This document shows, piece after piece, positions 1 through 9,382 of a stretch of DNA of 64,000 bases; position 1 is the first letter of the stretch, and the number at the start of each line of letters is the position of its first letter. The position numbers and the translations under genes are program-made. The notes under the pieces were generated by a model. It made no database searches, was not told the origin of the DNA, and worked only from the letters and a program-made list of their open reading frames with translations. This stretch comes from an uncultured Chthoniobacter sp. (lineage in GTDB: Bacteria > Verrucomicrobiota > Verrucomicrobiia > Chthoniobacterales > UBA6821). The stretch covers positions 105,741-169,740 of the forward strand of contig CAYOAN010000006.1 of the NCBI GenBank assembly GCA_964402065.1, given 5' to 3'.

Positions 1-1162
1 TAAAAATATTACTATTTTCCGGAAATAAAATTCCTTTTTTCATTAGAAAACCATCATTTTTTTCAGCATTAAATTTTTTATAAAAAAATGAAGTAAATAC
101 ATTTTCTCTTTTTTCTAATAATTTCATCCTTTCAAGAACCAACGAAGTAATAAGATAAATTTCTCTTGTTTTCTCATAGTAATCTTTCATGAATGCCTCA
201 CTTCTTCTAAGAATATCTCTTTGAGGATATCCTAGCGCCGTAGCGATGTTACCTTGTAATCGAAGTGTAAGCTTGTCTTGAGCTCTTTTTTCTTGATCGT
301 GCATTTCTTGCCTAACATTCAATAAAAATGATTCATTTTTTTCTAATTTTCGACGCTCACTTTCTCGAAGATATTTTAGTTCTACCAATCTAGAAAGATT
401 ACTTGCTTTGGCACAAACACGAGCAATCCAAAGAAGGTTCTGATAATCTCTTAATCCTCCTTTCCCTGATTTAATATGAGGCTCTTGCATGAAAACTGTC
501 TTTCCAAATTTTTCATGCATTTTTTTTAGATCTTCTAATCTCCAAGAGATGTATTGCTTTTCTTTTCTATAAATGCATTTTTTAAAAAATTGTTCTTTAA
601 AGTTATTAAAAACCTTTTTATCACCTTTAATAAATCGCATTTCCATCATTGCGGTCTTTGAAAGCATATCTTGATTAGCATGATCAATTGCTTGCAAAAG
701 AGAACGTGTTGCATGACCTACTTTTAATTCGAGATCCCATAACATCATTAAAATAGTGCTCACTACTTTTTCAGTAACATCTGTTATGACTTCTGTTTCT
801 TGCAAAAACATAACGTCAATATCACTGTGAGGACTTAACTCCCTCCTTCCATATCCTCCTAAGGCAATAACAGAAAATCCCGCTTTTTTTAAAGAAATCT
901 TATTTTCTTGGAGAACTGCAGTAACTATTTCTCCCAATATAACGTCTATAAGGTCAGAGCGACACTGACTAATCTCTTTTCCTTTAATTTCTTGTTTTTG
1001 CCATTTTTTAAATTGCTGATATGCCCTATTTTTAAGACGTTTAAATTGATCTAATAAAAACTTTGGAGAAGAATTTGAATCTTTTAATGATTTTTTTGAT
1101 TCTTCAATTAAACTTTCAAAAGAAATTCTTTCTTCAATTGAAAGCGAAAGGGAAAATTTCAT
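1..1162 (-). CDS. glnD: [Protein-PII] uridylyltransferase GlnD, N-terminal part; the gene continues past the window start
   Basis: Absent from the ORF track because it is open at the window edge. Manual minus-strand translation from the ATG (complement of 1160-1162) is stop-free to position 1 (MKFSLSLSIEERISFESL...). It contains the nucleotidyltransferase signature ALGGYGRRELSPHSDIDVMFL, LWDLELKVGHATRS and KSGKGGLRDYQNLLW. Confidence 0.75.
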   Translation of the reverse strand, partial: MKFSLSLSIEERISFESLIEESKKSLKDSNSSPKFLLDQFKRLKNRAYQQFKKWQKQEIKGKEISQCRSDLIDVILGEIVTAVLQENKISLKKAGFSVIALGGYGRRELSPHSDIDVMFLQETEVITDVTEKVVSTILMMLWDLELKVGHATRSLLQAIDHANQDMLSKTAMMEMRFIKGDKKVFNNFKEQFFKKCIYRKEKQYISWRLEDLKKMHEKFGKTVFMQEPHIKSGKGGLRDYQNLLWIARVCAKASNLSRLVELKYLRESERRKLEKNESFLLNVRQEMHDQEKRAQDKLTLRLQGNIATALGYPQRDILRRSEAFMKDYYEKTREIYLITSLVLERMKLLEKRENVFTSFFYKKFNAEKNDGFLMKKGILFPENSNIF

Positions 1163-1502
1163 AAGTTAAAATGAGCTAAAGGAAGAATGACTCAGAAATG
1201 AAATATTAAGAGAAAAGAAAAAGCGAAAGTTTTAAACATTTATATAAATAAATATTTTTTTATTTAAATCATTTCATCATATTCATAATGAGAATAACTT
1301 TTTTATTTAAAATTAACTTCTTTAAAACAAAGAAATTAACTTATCTTTTAAAATGTTATTTATTCTTGGTATTATTGCAAAATTTTAAGAAAGAGTGTTC
1401 TAAGGAACAAAATATTCTAACTTATTTCCATTTATACACATTTTTTTAACATTAATATCAAATCCATTTTTTATCCTATTTATATAAGAGTAAAGACGCC
1501 GT

Positions 1503-3371
1503 ATGACTTTTTTTAATTATCCTAAGCATTATCAAGTTATTGTCATTGGAGCTGGGCATGCTGGTATAGAAGCGGCTTTAGCTTCTGCTAGACTAGGGTG
1601 TGAGACACTGTTATTAACCCAAAATCCTGATACTATAGGGCAAATGTCTTGCAACCCAGCAATAGGAGGTTCTGCGAAGGGACATATTGTACGCGAAATT
1701 GATGCTCTTGGTGGAGTTATGGGGATCAATGCAGACGCTACAGGAATTCAATTTCGAATGCTCAATGCTAACAAAGGTCCTAGTATTAGAGCTCCTCGAG
1801 CTCAATGTGACAAGAAGTCTTATCAATTTAGGTTAAAGGCTATTTTGGAAAAAACTCCTTTCCTAACAATAACCCAAGCTAACGTAGCTAAGTTTTTGAT
1901 AAAGGATGATGAAGTCATCGGTGTAGAAACGACGTTTGGAATTAGATATCATGCGCCAGCTGTTGTTCTAACAACAGGAACTTTTATGAGAGGGCTGATT
2001 CACGTTGGAAAAAAAACACAAGTTGGAGGAAGAATGGCTGATAGCGCTTCTACTATTAGCGAAAGTATTGAATATTTAGGTTTCAAGTTGGGGCGTTTTA
2101 AAACAGGAACTCCCTGCAGGCTGTTAGAAAAATCTATTAACTTTTTAGCTTGTGAACGCCAAGATGGAGATGAAAAGCCTTCCCCTTTCTCTTATATTAG
2201 AGAAACTATTACTCCAGAAGTAGGAGAGATTCATACACTCAACTATTATAAAAATGGATTATTCCACGTGGAACAGATACCGTGTTGGCTAACGTACACC
2301 AATGATGAAACACACAAAATAATTGAGGATAATATTCATCGATCCCCTCTTTATTCTGGAATGATAGAGGGAGTGGGACCTCGCTACTGTCCTTCTATTG
2401 AAGATAAAGTTGTCAAATTTTCAGAAAAAGAAAGGCATCAAATTTTTTTAGAGCCAGAAGGCCGACACACAGGAGAGATTTATGTTAATGGCCTCTCAAC
2501 AAGCCTTCCATTTGAAATTCAATATGAATTTATCAGATCTATTGCTGGTCTTGAAAAAGCAGAAATTCTTCGCCCGGGATACGCAGTAGAATACGATTAT
2601 ATTTTTCCTAATCAGCTGCACTCTACTCTTGAGACAAAAAAAATTAGTGGTCTCTATTTTGCAGGCCAAATTAATGGAACTTCTGGCTATGAAGAAGCTG
2701 CTGGCCAAGGGGTAGTTGCAGGAGCTAATGCAGCATTAAAAATTCTTAAAAAAGAACCATTAATTTTAGGGAGAGATGAAGCCTATATCGGTGTAATGAT
2801 AGATGATTTGGTGACACGAGGGACTCCAGAACCTTATCGCATGTTTACGAGTCGTGCTGAGTATCGACTTCGATTGAGACAAGACAATTGTGATATCAGG
2901 TTAACTGGCAAAGCGATAGACCTAGGGTTAGCTTGTAACTACCGCAAAGAAAAATACTTAGAAAAAAAATCATCAATTTCAAGTCTCTTAGAAAAGCTTC
3001 CTTCTATGCGCTATGAAGGTATTGTTCTAGAAAATTGGTTGCGCCGGCCCGAAAACCATGTAGAACGGCTTCCCTCAGAAATAAGAGAAGGATATTCGCT
3101 GGAAGTTTGGTCTTACCTTGAAACAGAACTGAAGTTTGAAGGTTATTTAAAAAGAGAGAATCTTCAAATAGAGAGGGCTAAAAAGCAAGAAGAGTGGAAG
3201 CTTCCAAGTCAAATTGATTACCATGCTATTTCTAGCCTGAGTTCGGAAGCGCGGCAAAAGTTAACAGAATATATGCCAACTTCGTTGCGACATGCTTCTC
3301 GCATTAGTGGTGTTACTCCAGCTGACATAGATGTGCTTACTCTTTGGTTAAAGAGAAATGAAAAAAAATAA
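1503..3371 (+). CDS. mnmG: tRNA uridine 5-carboxymethylaminomethyl modification enzyme MnmG (GidA)
   Basis: 622 aa. N-terminal FAD fold [67 protein letters not shown]. Confidence 0.95.
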   Translation: MTFFNYPKHYQVIVIGAGHAGIEAALASARLGCETLLLTQNPDTIGQMSCNPAIGGSAKGHIVREIDALGGVMGINADATGIQFRMLNANKGPSIRAPRAQCDKKSYQFRLKAILEKTPFLTITQANVAKFLIKDDEVIGVETTFGIRYHAPAVVLTTGTFMRGLIHVGKKTQVGGRMADSASTISESIEYLGFKLGRFKTGTPCRLLEKSINFLACERQDGDEKPSPFSYIRETITPEVGEIHTLNYYKNGLFHVEQIPCWLTYTNDETHKIIEDNIHRSPLYSGMIEGVGPRYCPSIEDKVVKFSEKERHQIFLEPEGRHTGEIYVNGLSTSLPFEIQYEFIRSIAGLEKAEILRPGYAVEYDYIFPNQLHSTLETKKISGLYFAGQINGTSGYEEAAGQGVVAGANAALKILKKEPLILGRDEAYIGVMIDDLVTRGTPEPYRMFTSRAEYRLRLRQDNCDIRLTGKAIDLGLACNYRKEKYLEKKSSISSLLEKLPSMRYEGIVLENWLRRPENHVERLPSEIREGYSLEVWSYLETELKFEGYLKRENLQIERAKKQEEWKLPSQIDYHAISSLSSEARQKLTEYMPTSLRHASRISGVTPADIDVLTLWLKRNEKK

Positions 3372-3418
3372 CGATTTTTTTTGACGATAAGGCAAAGAAA
3401 ACGTGATACTGATCAGCT

Positions 3419-4804
3419 ATGGCGATGATTCCTTATGATCTTATTGTAATTGGTGGTGGCCCTGCGGGCTACGTAGGTGCTATTCGTGCGGCGCAGCTTG
3501 GTAAAAAAGTGGCCGTAGTTGAAAAAGAACGTGCGGGTGGTACATGCCTCAATTGGGGTTGCATTCCTACAAAATCTTTATTGCGAAATGCAGAACTTTA
3601 TTCGCTTATCAAGAATCATGCAGGGGACTTCGGTTTTGAAATTGGTGGTGTGAATTACGACTGGTCTAAAGTCATTGGGCGCTCACGAAAAGTTGCTGAT
3701 AGACTTGCTGGTGGAATTGAATTTCTTTTTAAAAAAAATAAAGTTGATTATATCGTTGGTGAAGCAACGGTTCCAAAATCAGGACAGGTCGACGTGATCA
3801 AAAAAGATGGCTCTACGACTCAACTTGCAGCTCCAAAAATCCTTATTACGACGGGCGTTGTTACCCGAGAAATGCCTGGATTCCCAATGAATGGAACTTC
3901 AGTTATTGGAAGCCGACAAGCTATGGCTCTTCCAACACAGCCAAAAGAGATCATCGTTATTGGAGCAGGCGCAATCGGCATTGAATTTGCTTATTTCTTC
4001 AATTCTTTTGGGACCAAAGTCACTGTCATAGAAATGATGCCAAATATTCTTCCAATTGAAGATACTGAAGTCAGTGCTGCGCTTGAAAAATCTTTGACAA
4101 AACAAGGCATCAAAATTTTAACAGAAACAAAAGTTGAAAAAGCAGAAACGACAGCAACAGGCGTTTCAATTACTGTTTCTGGAAAAAAGAACGAAACCTT
4201 AACTGCTGAAATAGCACTTGTTGCTATCGGTGTTACCCCTCTCTTGCCTGGCGGAATGGCTTTTAAGCTTGATGCCAAGGGATATCTTTCCGTCAACGAA
4301 AAATATGAAACAAGTGTTCCAGGAATTTATGCGGCTGGTGACATCATCGGGCCCCCATGGCTTGCGCACGTTGCAAGTTGGGAAGCCATTCAAGCTGTTG
4401 AAGGAATGTTTGGAAAAAAGAAGCCTCAGCGTCAACGTACGTTCCCAGGATGTACTTATTGTCAGCCGCAAGTTGCAAGTGTTGGTTTAACGGAACGTGC
4501 TGCTAAAGAAAAAGGCATGTCGATAAAAATTGGGAAGTTCCCCTTCCAAGCAAGCGGCAAGGCACAGGCAATGGGTGAAACGGATGGTTTTGTAAAATTG
4601 ATTTTCAATGAACCACACGGAGAAATTGTAGGAGCTCATATCATCGGCAATGAAGCAACAGAAATGATTGCAGAATTAGGTTTGGCAATCACACTCGAAG
4701 CTACGTATGACGATATTGCTAGTACGATTCATGCTCATCCAACTCTCAGCGAAGCCGTAATGGAGGCCACGGAGGCAGCTCATGGCCACGCCATCCACAT
4801 CTAG
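3419..4804 (+). CDS. lpdA: Dihydrolipoyl dehydrogenase (E3)
   Basis: 461 aa. GGGPAGY FAD motif, redox-active disulfide GGTCLNWGCIPTK, second dinucleotide fold VIGAGAIGIEFA, C-terminal HAHPTLSE. Confidence 0.9.
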   Translation: MAMIPYDLIVIGGGPAGYVGAIRAAQLGKKVAVVEKERAGGTCLNWGCIPTKSLLRNAELYSLIKNHAGDFGFEIGGVNYDWSKVIGRSRKVADRLAGGIEFLFKKNKVDYIVGEATVPKSGQVDVIKKDGSTTQLAAPKILITTGVVTREMPGFPMNGTSVIGSRQAMALPTQPKEIIVIGAGAIGIEFAYFFNSFGTKVTVIEMMPNILPIEDTEVSAALEKSLTKQGIKILTETKVEKAETTATGVSITVSGKKNETLTAEIALVAIGVTPLLPGGMAFKLDAKGYLSVNEKYETSVPGIYAAGDIIGPPWLAHVASWEAIQAVEGMFGKKKPQRQRTFPGCTYCQPQVASVGLTERAAKEKGMSIKIGKFPFQASGKAQAMGETDGFVKLIFNEPHGEIVGAHIIGNEATEMIAELGLAITLEATYDDIASTIHAHPTLSEAVMEATEAAHGHAIHI

Positions 4805-4938
4805 AAGGATAGCCTCAAACTTTACTGATGAGACAAAGCGCTGTATAGCGTCATTATTCCTTGTGCTTTGTCCTCAGTAGCAAATGTTGAATATATTCCT
4901 AGGCTTTATGCGGGAATAGGTTCGTAGAAAACTAGATT

Positions 4939-5316
4939 TTGAAAATGACATCTTCTAAAAAGCAGATTGATTTTTTGCGCAAACGTGTACTGAGAGAATG
5001 GCGTGGACTTCCAAGCGAATCTACTCCTGATAATCAGGTTATTTTTGCAGATGTGCTGACCAAGGTTGTGACCAAACTAGGTCTTCATACGCGTATCAAG
5101 CAGGAAGAAATTGCTGCAACTTGGAGCGAATTAGTGGGTGACTTTTTAGCAGCTCATTCTGAGCCGCAGCAGCTTTCGCATGGAATTCTTTCTGTTCGCG
5201 TAATTCAGCCAACGATCCGTTATGAATTAGATCGTGTGTGGAAAAAAGAGTTATTACAAAAATTACAGTTACGCTTTGGTGCTAAATTAATTCGTGATGT
5301 CCGATTTGGGTCATAG
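4939..5316 (+). CDS. DUF721/DciA-like small protein
   Basis: 125-aa ORF with a TTG at 4939 and an ATG at 4945. The pattern W..LVG..LA.HS.P..L..G.L.V.V resembles the DUF721 family. The match is weak and judged from memory only. Confidence 0.45.
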   Translation: MKMTSSKKQIDFLRKRVLREWRGLPSESTPDNQVIFADVLTKVVTKLGLHTRIKQEEIAATWSELVGDFLAAHSEPQQLSHGILSVRVIQPTIRYELDRVWKKELLQKLQLRFGAKLIRDVRFGS

Positions 5317-5321
5317 TTTTT

Positions 5322-5672
5322 ATGGAACGAATTATTGAAATTAAAGGGATCCGAGCGCCAGTATTTATCGGTGTTCCAGCCGAAGAGCGAGCTCAGTTAC
5401 AAGAACTCTGCTTTGACTTACGATTTGCAGCTTGTCATCAACCTGAATCATTAAACGAAGATCTTACTGCTACTGTTGATTATGCCATGGTGAGGCAGAA
5501 GCTGATAGAGCTAGTTCAAATGAGGCCTCGGAGTTTGATTGAGACATTAGCGGATGAAATTACAGCTGCTTTCCTTCTTGAATTTTCACTGCGATGGATA
5601 GAGGTAACAGTTCGCAAATTTATTTTGCCAAATACTGATTATGTTGCTGTGACAGTCCGGCGTGAAAGCTAG
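5322..5672 (+). CDS. folB: Dihydroneopterin aldolase (FolB family)
   Basis: 116 aa. Typical FolB opening I.I.G....IGV..EER...Q.....L, DL..TVDY and a size of about 120 aa. Confidence 0.65.
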   Translation: MERIIEIKGIRAPVFIGVPAEERAQLQELCFDLRFAACHQPESLNEDLTATVDYAMVRQKLIELVQMRPRSLIETLADEITAAFLLEFSLRWIEVTVRKFILPNTDYVAVTVRRES

Positions 5673-5754
5673 ATAGGATCTTGCATCCAGCCCTCAGTAT
5701 AAAAAGCGGAAAGAAAAATCATCAAAGTGTTTTCATCTGCTTTTCCTATTAGAG

Positions 5755-5838
5755 CATTTAAAAAAAGTCTATAGCTAGGCATTGCGGCGTCACTCCGATG
5801 CGCGTCTTCACGAGTATTTCTTAAGCACTGCGAGTCTA
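5755..5838. repeat. Family-C palindromic intergenic repeat, diverged copy
   Basis: TCTATAGCTAGGCATTGCGGCGTCACTCCGATGCGCG aligns by eye with the reverse complement of 8410-8446 (TCTATAGCCGCGTATTGCAGTCTCACTCCGGCGCTC). It ends at a second CTATAG. Confidence 0.5.
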
Positions 5839-5945
5839 TAGTCAAATTACTTAGAAATGACAATAAATGGACTTGAGCTTAGTTAGGAACAAGCAGCGGT
5901 CTCATCCCATTACGTTATCGTTTAGATAGCGCCGGTCTTCGCCAT
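5839..5945. repeat. Family-B intergenic repeat, one-ended copy, inverted relative to the 16728 copy
   Basis: It starts TAGTCAAATTACTTAGAAATG. The body aligns by eye with the reverse complement of 16741-16856 (..CATCCCATTACGTTATCGTTTAGATAGCGCC..). Confidence 0.6.
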
Positions 5946-6113
5946 TTTTATTAAGAGGGCTCTGAAAAATTCAAGTCAGAGTATGCGAAGCAAAGACATG
6001 GGCTTGGATAGAGATGCTTGCGAGTAAACACAAAGCCGCTATCAAGTAGAGACTGTTTTTTTGTTTGGCTTTGTTGCTGAGACTATCACCAGCGGCAAAG
6101 CTCCCTAGCCTTT

Positions 6114-6347
6114 TTATTCGCCGTTGTTACCAATAGCCTCTACTGGGCAGCCTTCCATTGCTTCTTTGCAGAGAGCTTCCTCTTCGGGATTAGAAGGTTG
6201 TTTATAAACATAGGAGTGCCCCCCATCATCATTGCGCGTGAAGTTAGCCGGAGCTGTTTCACGACAAAGATCACAGTCAATGCATTGATCATCGACATAA
6301 AATTTTCCTGAAGCATTGTCAGGATATTTGTTTTCAACATCAGCCAT
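6114..6347 (-). CDS. Ferredoxin (single 4Fe-4S/3Fe-4S cluster type)
   Basis: 77 aa and acidic. Cluster ligands CIDCDLCRETAP ... EGCPVEAI. Confidence 0.85.
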   Translation of the reverse strand: MADVENKYPDNASGKFYVDDQCIDCDLCRETAPANFTRNDDGGHSYVYKQPSNPEEEALCKEAMEGCPVEAIGNNGE

Positions 6348-6356
6348 AAAGAAGTT

Positions 6357-7379
6357 CTATAATCTAAAGCCGTTTTGAATGATTTCAATGACTTTTTTTG
6401 AAACAATGTTGAAATCAAGATCTGCAAGTGTATCCGTTGGGCTTGTAATGGCGACGCTCTTTTTTGAGTGAGGCTGCCAAATCGTCGGATCTACATCACC
6501 AAAAAGAGTGACAGTGGGGATGCCAAGGCCTGCGGCGATGTGCATTGCACCACCATCAGCTCCAACAACAAGATCACAGGAAGAGAGGGCTGTCATTAAG
6601 CTTCGGAGGTCAGGTGTTTTTTTTGCAAGAACTGCAGGAAAGGCTGTTTTAAGCTGCTCTACGAGCAAGTCATCACCTGGATGTTGAAGAGAATGAGTTG
6701 AACCAGGAGACCAAAATAGTCGGATGCGAGCATGAGGCAACAGTGTAAGAATAAGTTTTTTCCATTGCTCTAAAGGCCATTGTTGTTTGAGGCGGCGTGC
6801 TGAAATTTGGAGAGCAATAATAGGTAGTTCTGGAGAGCTTGGAACAAAGAGATTTTCAGCAACTTTTAATTTTTTTTCCTCATTAGAAAGAAAGAGTGAC
6901 ATTGTTGCAGGGAGTGGTTCTGTGATTCCGAGGGCATGAGCATACGAAAAAACTTGCAGAACGTGATGTTGCTGCGGAGCAATGGACACTGGTTGATAGT
7001 TAGATGGAAGCGAAACATCTTGGGAAGAAGCGCCATAAATTGTGCTAGGCCGAATCCAATGAGCAAGGCGCACAGTGCGCTTATTAAAGGTAGGAGAGGC
7101 TATAATCAACACATCATAGCGCTCTCTTCGAAGGTGACAAAGAACGAGCGCCTTTTTCAAGATGGCGAGCGCTTTTTTTCTGAAGCCTGAAACATGCTTA
7201 GCTTTTTCATAAAACCACAAACGAGACAGTCGTGGATCGTGGCTCACCAAATCAATGTTGTAAGAGTTTCCTAGAAGGTCAATTGTTGCTGCAGGATAAG
7301 TCTTGTGCAGTACTTCAATGAGCGGTGTCGTGCAGGCCAAGTCACCAATATTATCGTTACGAATGATGAGGAACTTCAT
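6357..7379 (-). CDS. Glycosyltransferase family 9 (LPS heptosyltransferase-like)
   Basis: 340 aa. N-terminal LIIRNDNIGDLACTTPLIEVL and C-terminal GADGGAMHIAAGLGIPTVTLFG, as in the RfaC/RfaF family. Confidence 0.8.
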   Translation of the reverse strand: MKFLIIRNDNIGDLACTTPLIEVLHKTYPAATIDLLGNSYNIDLVSHDPRLSRLWFYEKAKHVSGFRKKALAILKKALVLCHLRRERYDVLIIASPTFNKRTVRLAHWIRPSTIYGASSQDVSLPSNYQPVSIAPQQHHVLQVFSYAHALGITEPLPATMSLFLSNEEKKLKVAENLFVPSSPELPIIALQISARRLKQQWPLEQWKKLILTLLPHARIRLFWSPGSTHSLQHPGDDLLVEQLKTAFPAVLAKKTPDLRSLMTALSSCDLVVGADGGAMHIAAGLGIPTVTLFGDVDPTIWQPHSKKSVAITSPTDTLADLDFNIVSKKVIEIIQNGFRL

Positions 7380-7416
7380 TGCAAGGCAGGCTACAAGCTA
7401 TAGAGAACAGGCTACA
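7380..7416 (-). repeat. Tandem degenerate heptamer leader array abutting the GT9 start codon
   Basis: Minus strand reads TTTTTTC-TGTAGCC-TGTTCTC-TATAGCT-TGTAGCC-TGCCTTG-CA-ATG. Confidence 0.5.
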
Positions 7417-7480
7417 GAAAAAAATAAGTTCTTATAAAATTTTCTTCAGCCTTTCTTCTTCATTCAGTAGTCTGAGGGAT

Positions 7481-8308
7481 ATGACTCAACAACCTATTCT
7501 TCCCACAGAAGGACGTCATGCCCTTCATCTTTTTTTTCGAGTTGATCAAACAGTTTGGTCTTACCTTGATCAAGAAGAACAACAGGCAAGGCTTGCTGCC
7601 TTAGAGGCCCTTTTGAACGAGGTTCGTAGCCTTCCTGATACACAGCTTTTGAGTTTTAGCATGGTAACACCAAAAGCAGATATTGGATTCATGATGATGA
7701 CGCCTGACTTGCAGCAGCTCGATGGTGCTGCAAAAAAACTAGAGCGCGTACTTGGTGAGGGAGTTTTAGTACCTTCTTTTTCGTGGCTCTCGATGACAGA
7801 GCGGAGCGAGTATGGGATGAGTGATGAAGAATATGCTGCAAAATTAGAGCGCGAAGAAAATCTTTCTCCTGCAATGCCTGGCTTCGAACCTAAGATGCAA
7901 GCCTTTCGAGAGCGAGTTGAAAAATATGTTGAGGAACGTCTCTATCCAGAACTACCGACAGCCAGTGACTTTCCAGTGTTTTGTTTTTATCCGATGTCCA
8001 AGCGTCGTAACCCAGATCAAAACTGGTATGCACTGCCACTTGATGTCCGGAAAAAGTTAATGCATGGACATGCGCTTGTAGGACGGCGCTATGCAGGACG
8101 AGTCCGGCAATTTATCACAGGATCAACGGGGCTTGACGATCAAGAATGGGGCGTTTCTCTTTTTGCAAAGACGACAAACTCGATCAAAGAAATTGTTTAT
8201 GAAATGCGCTTCGATGAAGTGAGTGTTAAGTATGCAGAGTTTGGCGAATTTTTCATTGGCATTCAAATGACTCCAGAGGATCTTGCAGAGCGGCTAGGGC
8301 TGAAATGA
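7481..8308 (+). CDS. Chlorite dismutase family protein (HemQ/coproheme decarboxylase-like)
   Basis: The track ORF starts at a TTG (7379) that overlaps the divergent gene's ATG. The ATG at 7481 is preceded by GAGGGAT. Motifs FCFYPMSKRR, NWY.LP...R..LM..H...GR.Y and EWGV.LFA match the Cld/HemQ family. Confidence 0.75.
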   Translation: MTQQPILPTEGRHALHLFFRVDQTVWSYLDQEEQQARLAALEALLNEVRSLPDTQLLSFSMVTPKADIGFMMMTPDLQQLDGAAKKLERVLGEGVLVPSFSWLSMTERSEYGMSDEEYAAKLEREENLSPAMPGFEPKMQAFRERVEKYVEERLYPELPTASDFPVFCFYPMSKRRNPDQNWYALPLDVRKKLMHGHALVGRRYAGRVRQFITGSTGLDDQEWGVSLFAKTTNSIKEIVYEMRFDEVSVKYAEFGEFFIGIQMTPEDLAERLGLK

Positions 8309-8330
8309 AGTTAAAGGAGGTCTAGAACAT

Positions 8331-8453
8331 TTCAAAAATATTATAGCCGATGTAGTGCCCGGAACGAGGAGCGCAAAAACGGAGTGTATATCTCATACTT
8401 GAAGTTTTGAGCGCCGGAGTGAGACTGCAATACGCGGCTATAGAATTTTTGAA
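8331..8453. repeat. Family-C palindromic intergenic element (about 123 bp) between convergent genes
   Basis: The arms TTCAAAAATATTATAGCCG (8331-8349) and CGGCTATAGAATTTTTGAA (8435-8453) are inverted repeats. An inner pair GCGCAAAAAC / GTTTTGAGCGC is also inverted. Confidence 0.6.
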
Positions 8454-8459
8454 AACGCT

Positions 8460-9299
8460 CTAAGCAAAATAGGTTTCTTTCACCCAAAAGTAGGGCCCAA
8501 ATTCAACTGCAATCCTTTTTTGAAGTGCAGAGATTTTTTCCTTGCTGATGTCCCCTTTCAAAGCAGCCACCATGGTAGAACCTGAGCCAGTCATCCAGGC
8601 AGTAGCGACTTCAGATTGTTGCTTCAGCCACGATTTTAACATGGGAAGCTGCAAATATTTTTTGAAGATAGGGGGCTCAAGATCATTGAATATGGCAATG
8701 CTATCAAGGTTAGTTGGTTTTGCTTCTAGTCTACTTTGAGCCTCCAGCATGCTGTAGGCTTCCGCTGAAGCAATCGGAAAGGGAGGCTTGATTAAAAGTA
8801 ATTTCCAATGAGGGAGTGAAATAGTTTCTCCTAATAATTCTCCACGTCCTCGGCACCATCTCGGTTTGGGGTCGAGGAAAAAGGGAACGTCTGAGCCAAG
8901 CGATGTTGCAAGTTGATGAAGTTCTTCAAAACAAAGTGGCTCTTCGAAAAGCGCGTTCATGCCCCGCAGAATAGTGGCAGCATCGCTACTTCCGCCGCCG
9001 AGGCCTGCGCCATGTGGAATTTTTTTTAATAGCGTGATCGTTATTGGGTCGAGCAGACCGCTAGCTTCTTGAAAAGCCTTTGCAGCTTTAATGCAGAGGT
9101 TATCGTCGCCTGTTGGGAGCGAGGGATCATTACAAAAAAAGGTGATGTTTCCAGGGGCATGACCGTGCGTATGTAGGAGTTCTATTTCATCAGCAAGTGC
9201 AAGGGGGGCCATGAGGGTTTCAATTTCATGGTATCCATCTTCTCGCTTGCCGAGAAGGCGCAGCGAGAGATTGATCTTAGCGGGAGCGATGAAATTCAT
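8460..9299 (-). CDS. ispE: 4-diphosphocytidyl-2-C-methyl-D-erythritol kinase
   Basis: APAKINLSLRLLGKREDGYHEIETLM and the GHMP kinase loop KKIPHGAGLGGGSSDAA. The start is taken at M29 of the track ORF (ATG complement 9297-9299). Confidence 0.9.
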   Translation of the reverse strand: MNFIAPAKINLSLRLLGKREDGYHEIETLMAPLALADEIELLHTHGHAPGNITFFCNDPSLPTGDDNLCIKAAKAFQEASGLLDPITITLLKKIPHGAGLGGGSSDAATILRGMNALFEEPLCFEELHQLATSLGSDVPFFLDPKPRWCRGRGELLGETISLPHWKLLLIKPPFPIASAEAYSMLEAQSRLEAKPTNLDSIAIFNDLEPPIFKKYLQLPMLKSWLKQQSEVATAWMTGSGSTMVAALKGDISKEKISALQKRIAVEFGPYFWVKETYFA

Positions 9300-9382
9300 A
9301 AAAATTAGTTTGAACGAAGGAGCGTTTAAATTGTCAAATCTAGCAGGGAGAAAAATCACGATCAAGATAGAGTCAGATAGCA

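Noticed and set aside
5669-5863. 64-aa minus-strand ORF in the folB-ferredoxin spacer
   Set aside because: It lies entirely over the family-C and family-B repeat copies. It has no RBS and no recognisable family, so it is most likely a chance ORF in repeat DNA.
7379-7480. N-terminal 34-codon extension of the HemQ-like ORF from a TTG at 7379
   Set aside because: It overlaps the divergent gene's start codon and covers the heptamer array. The ATG at 7481 has an SD-like GAGGG and matches the family's N-terminus.
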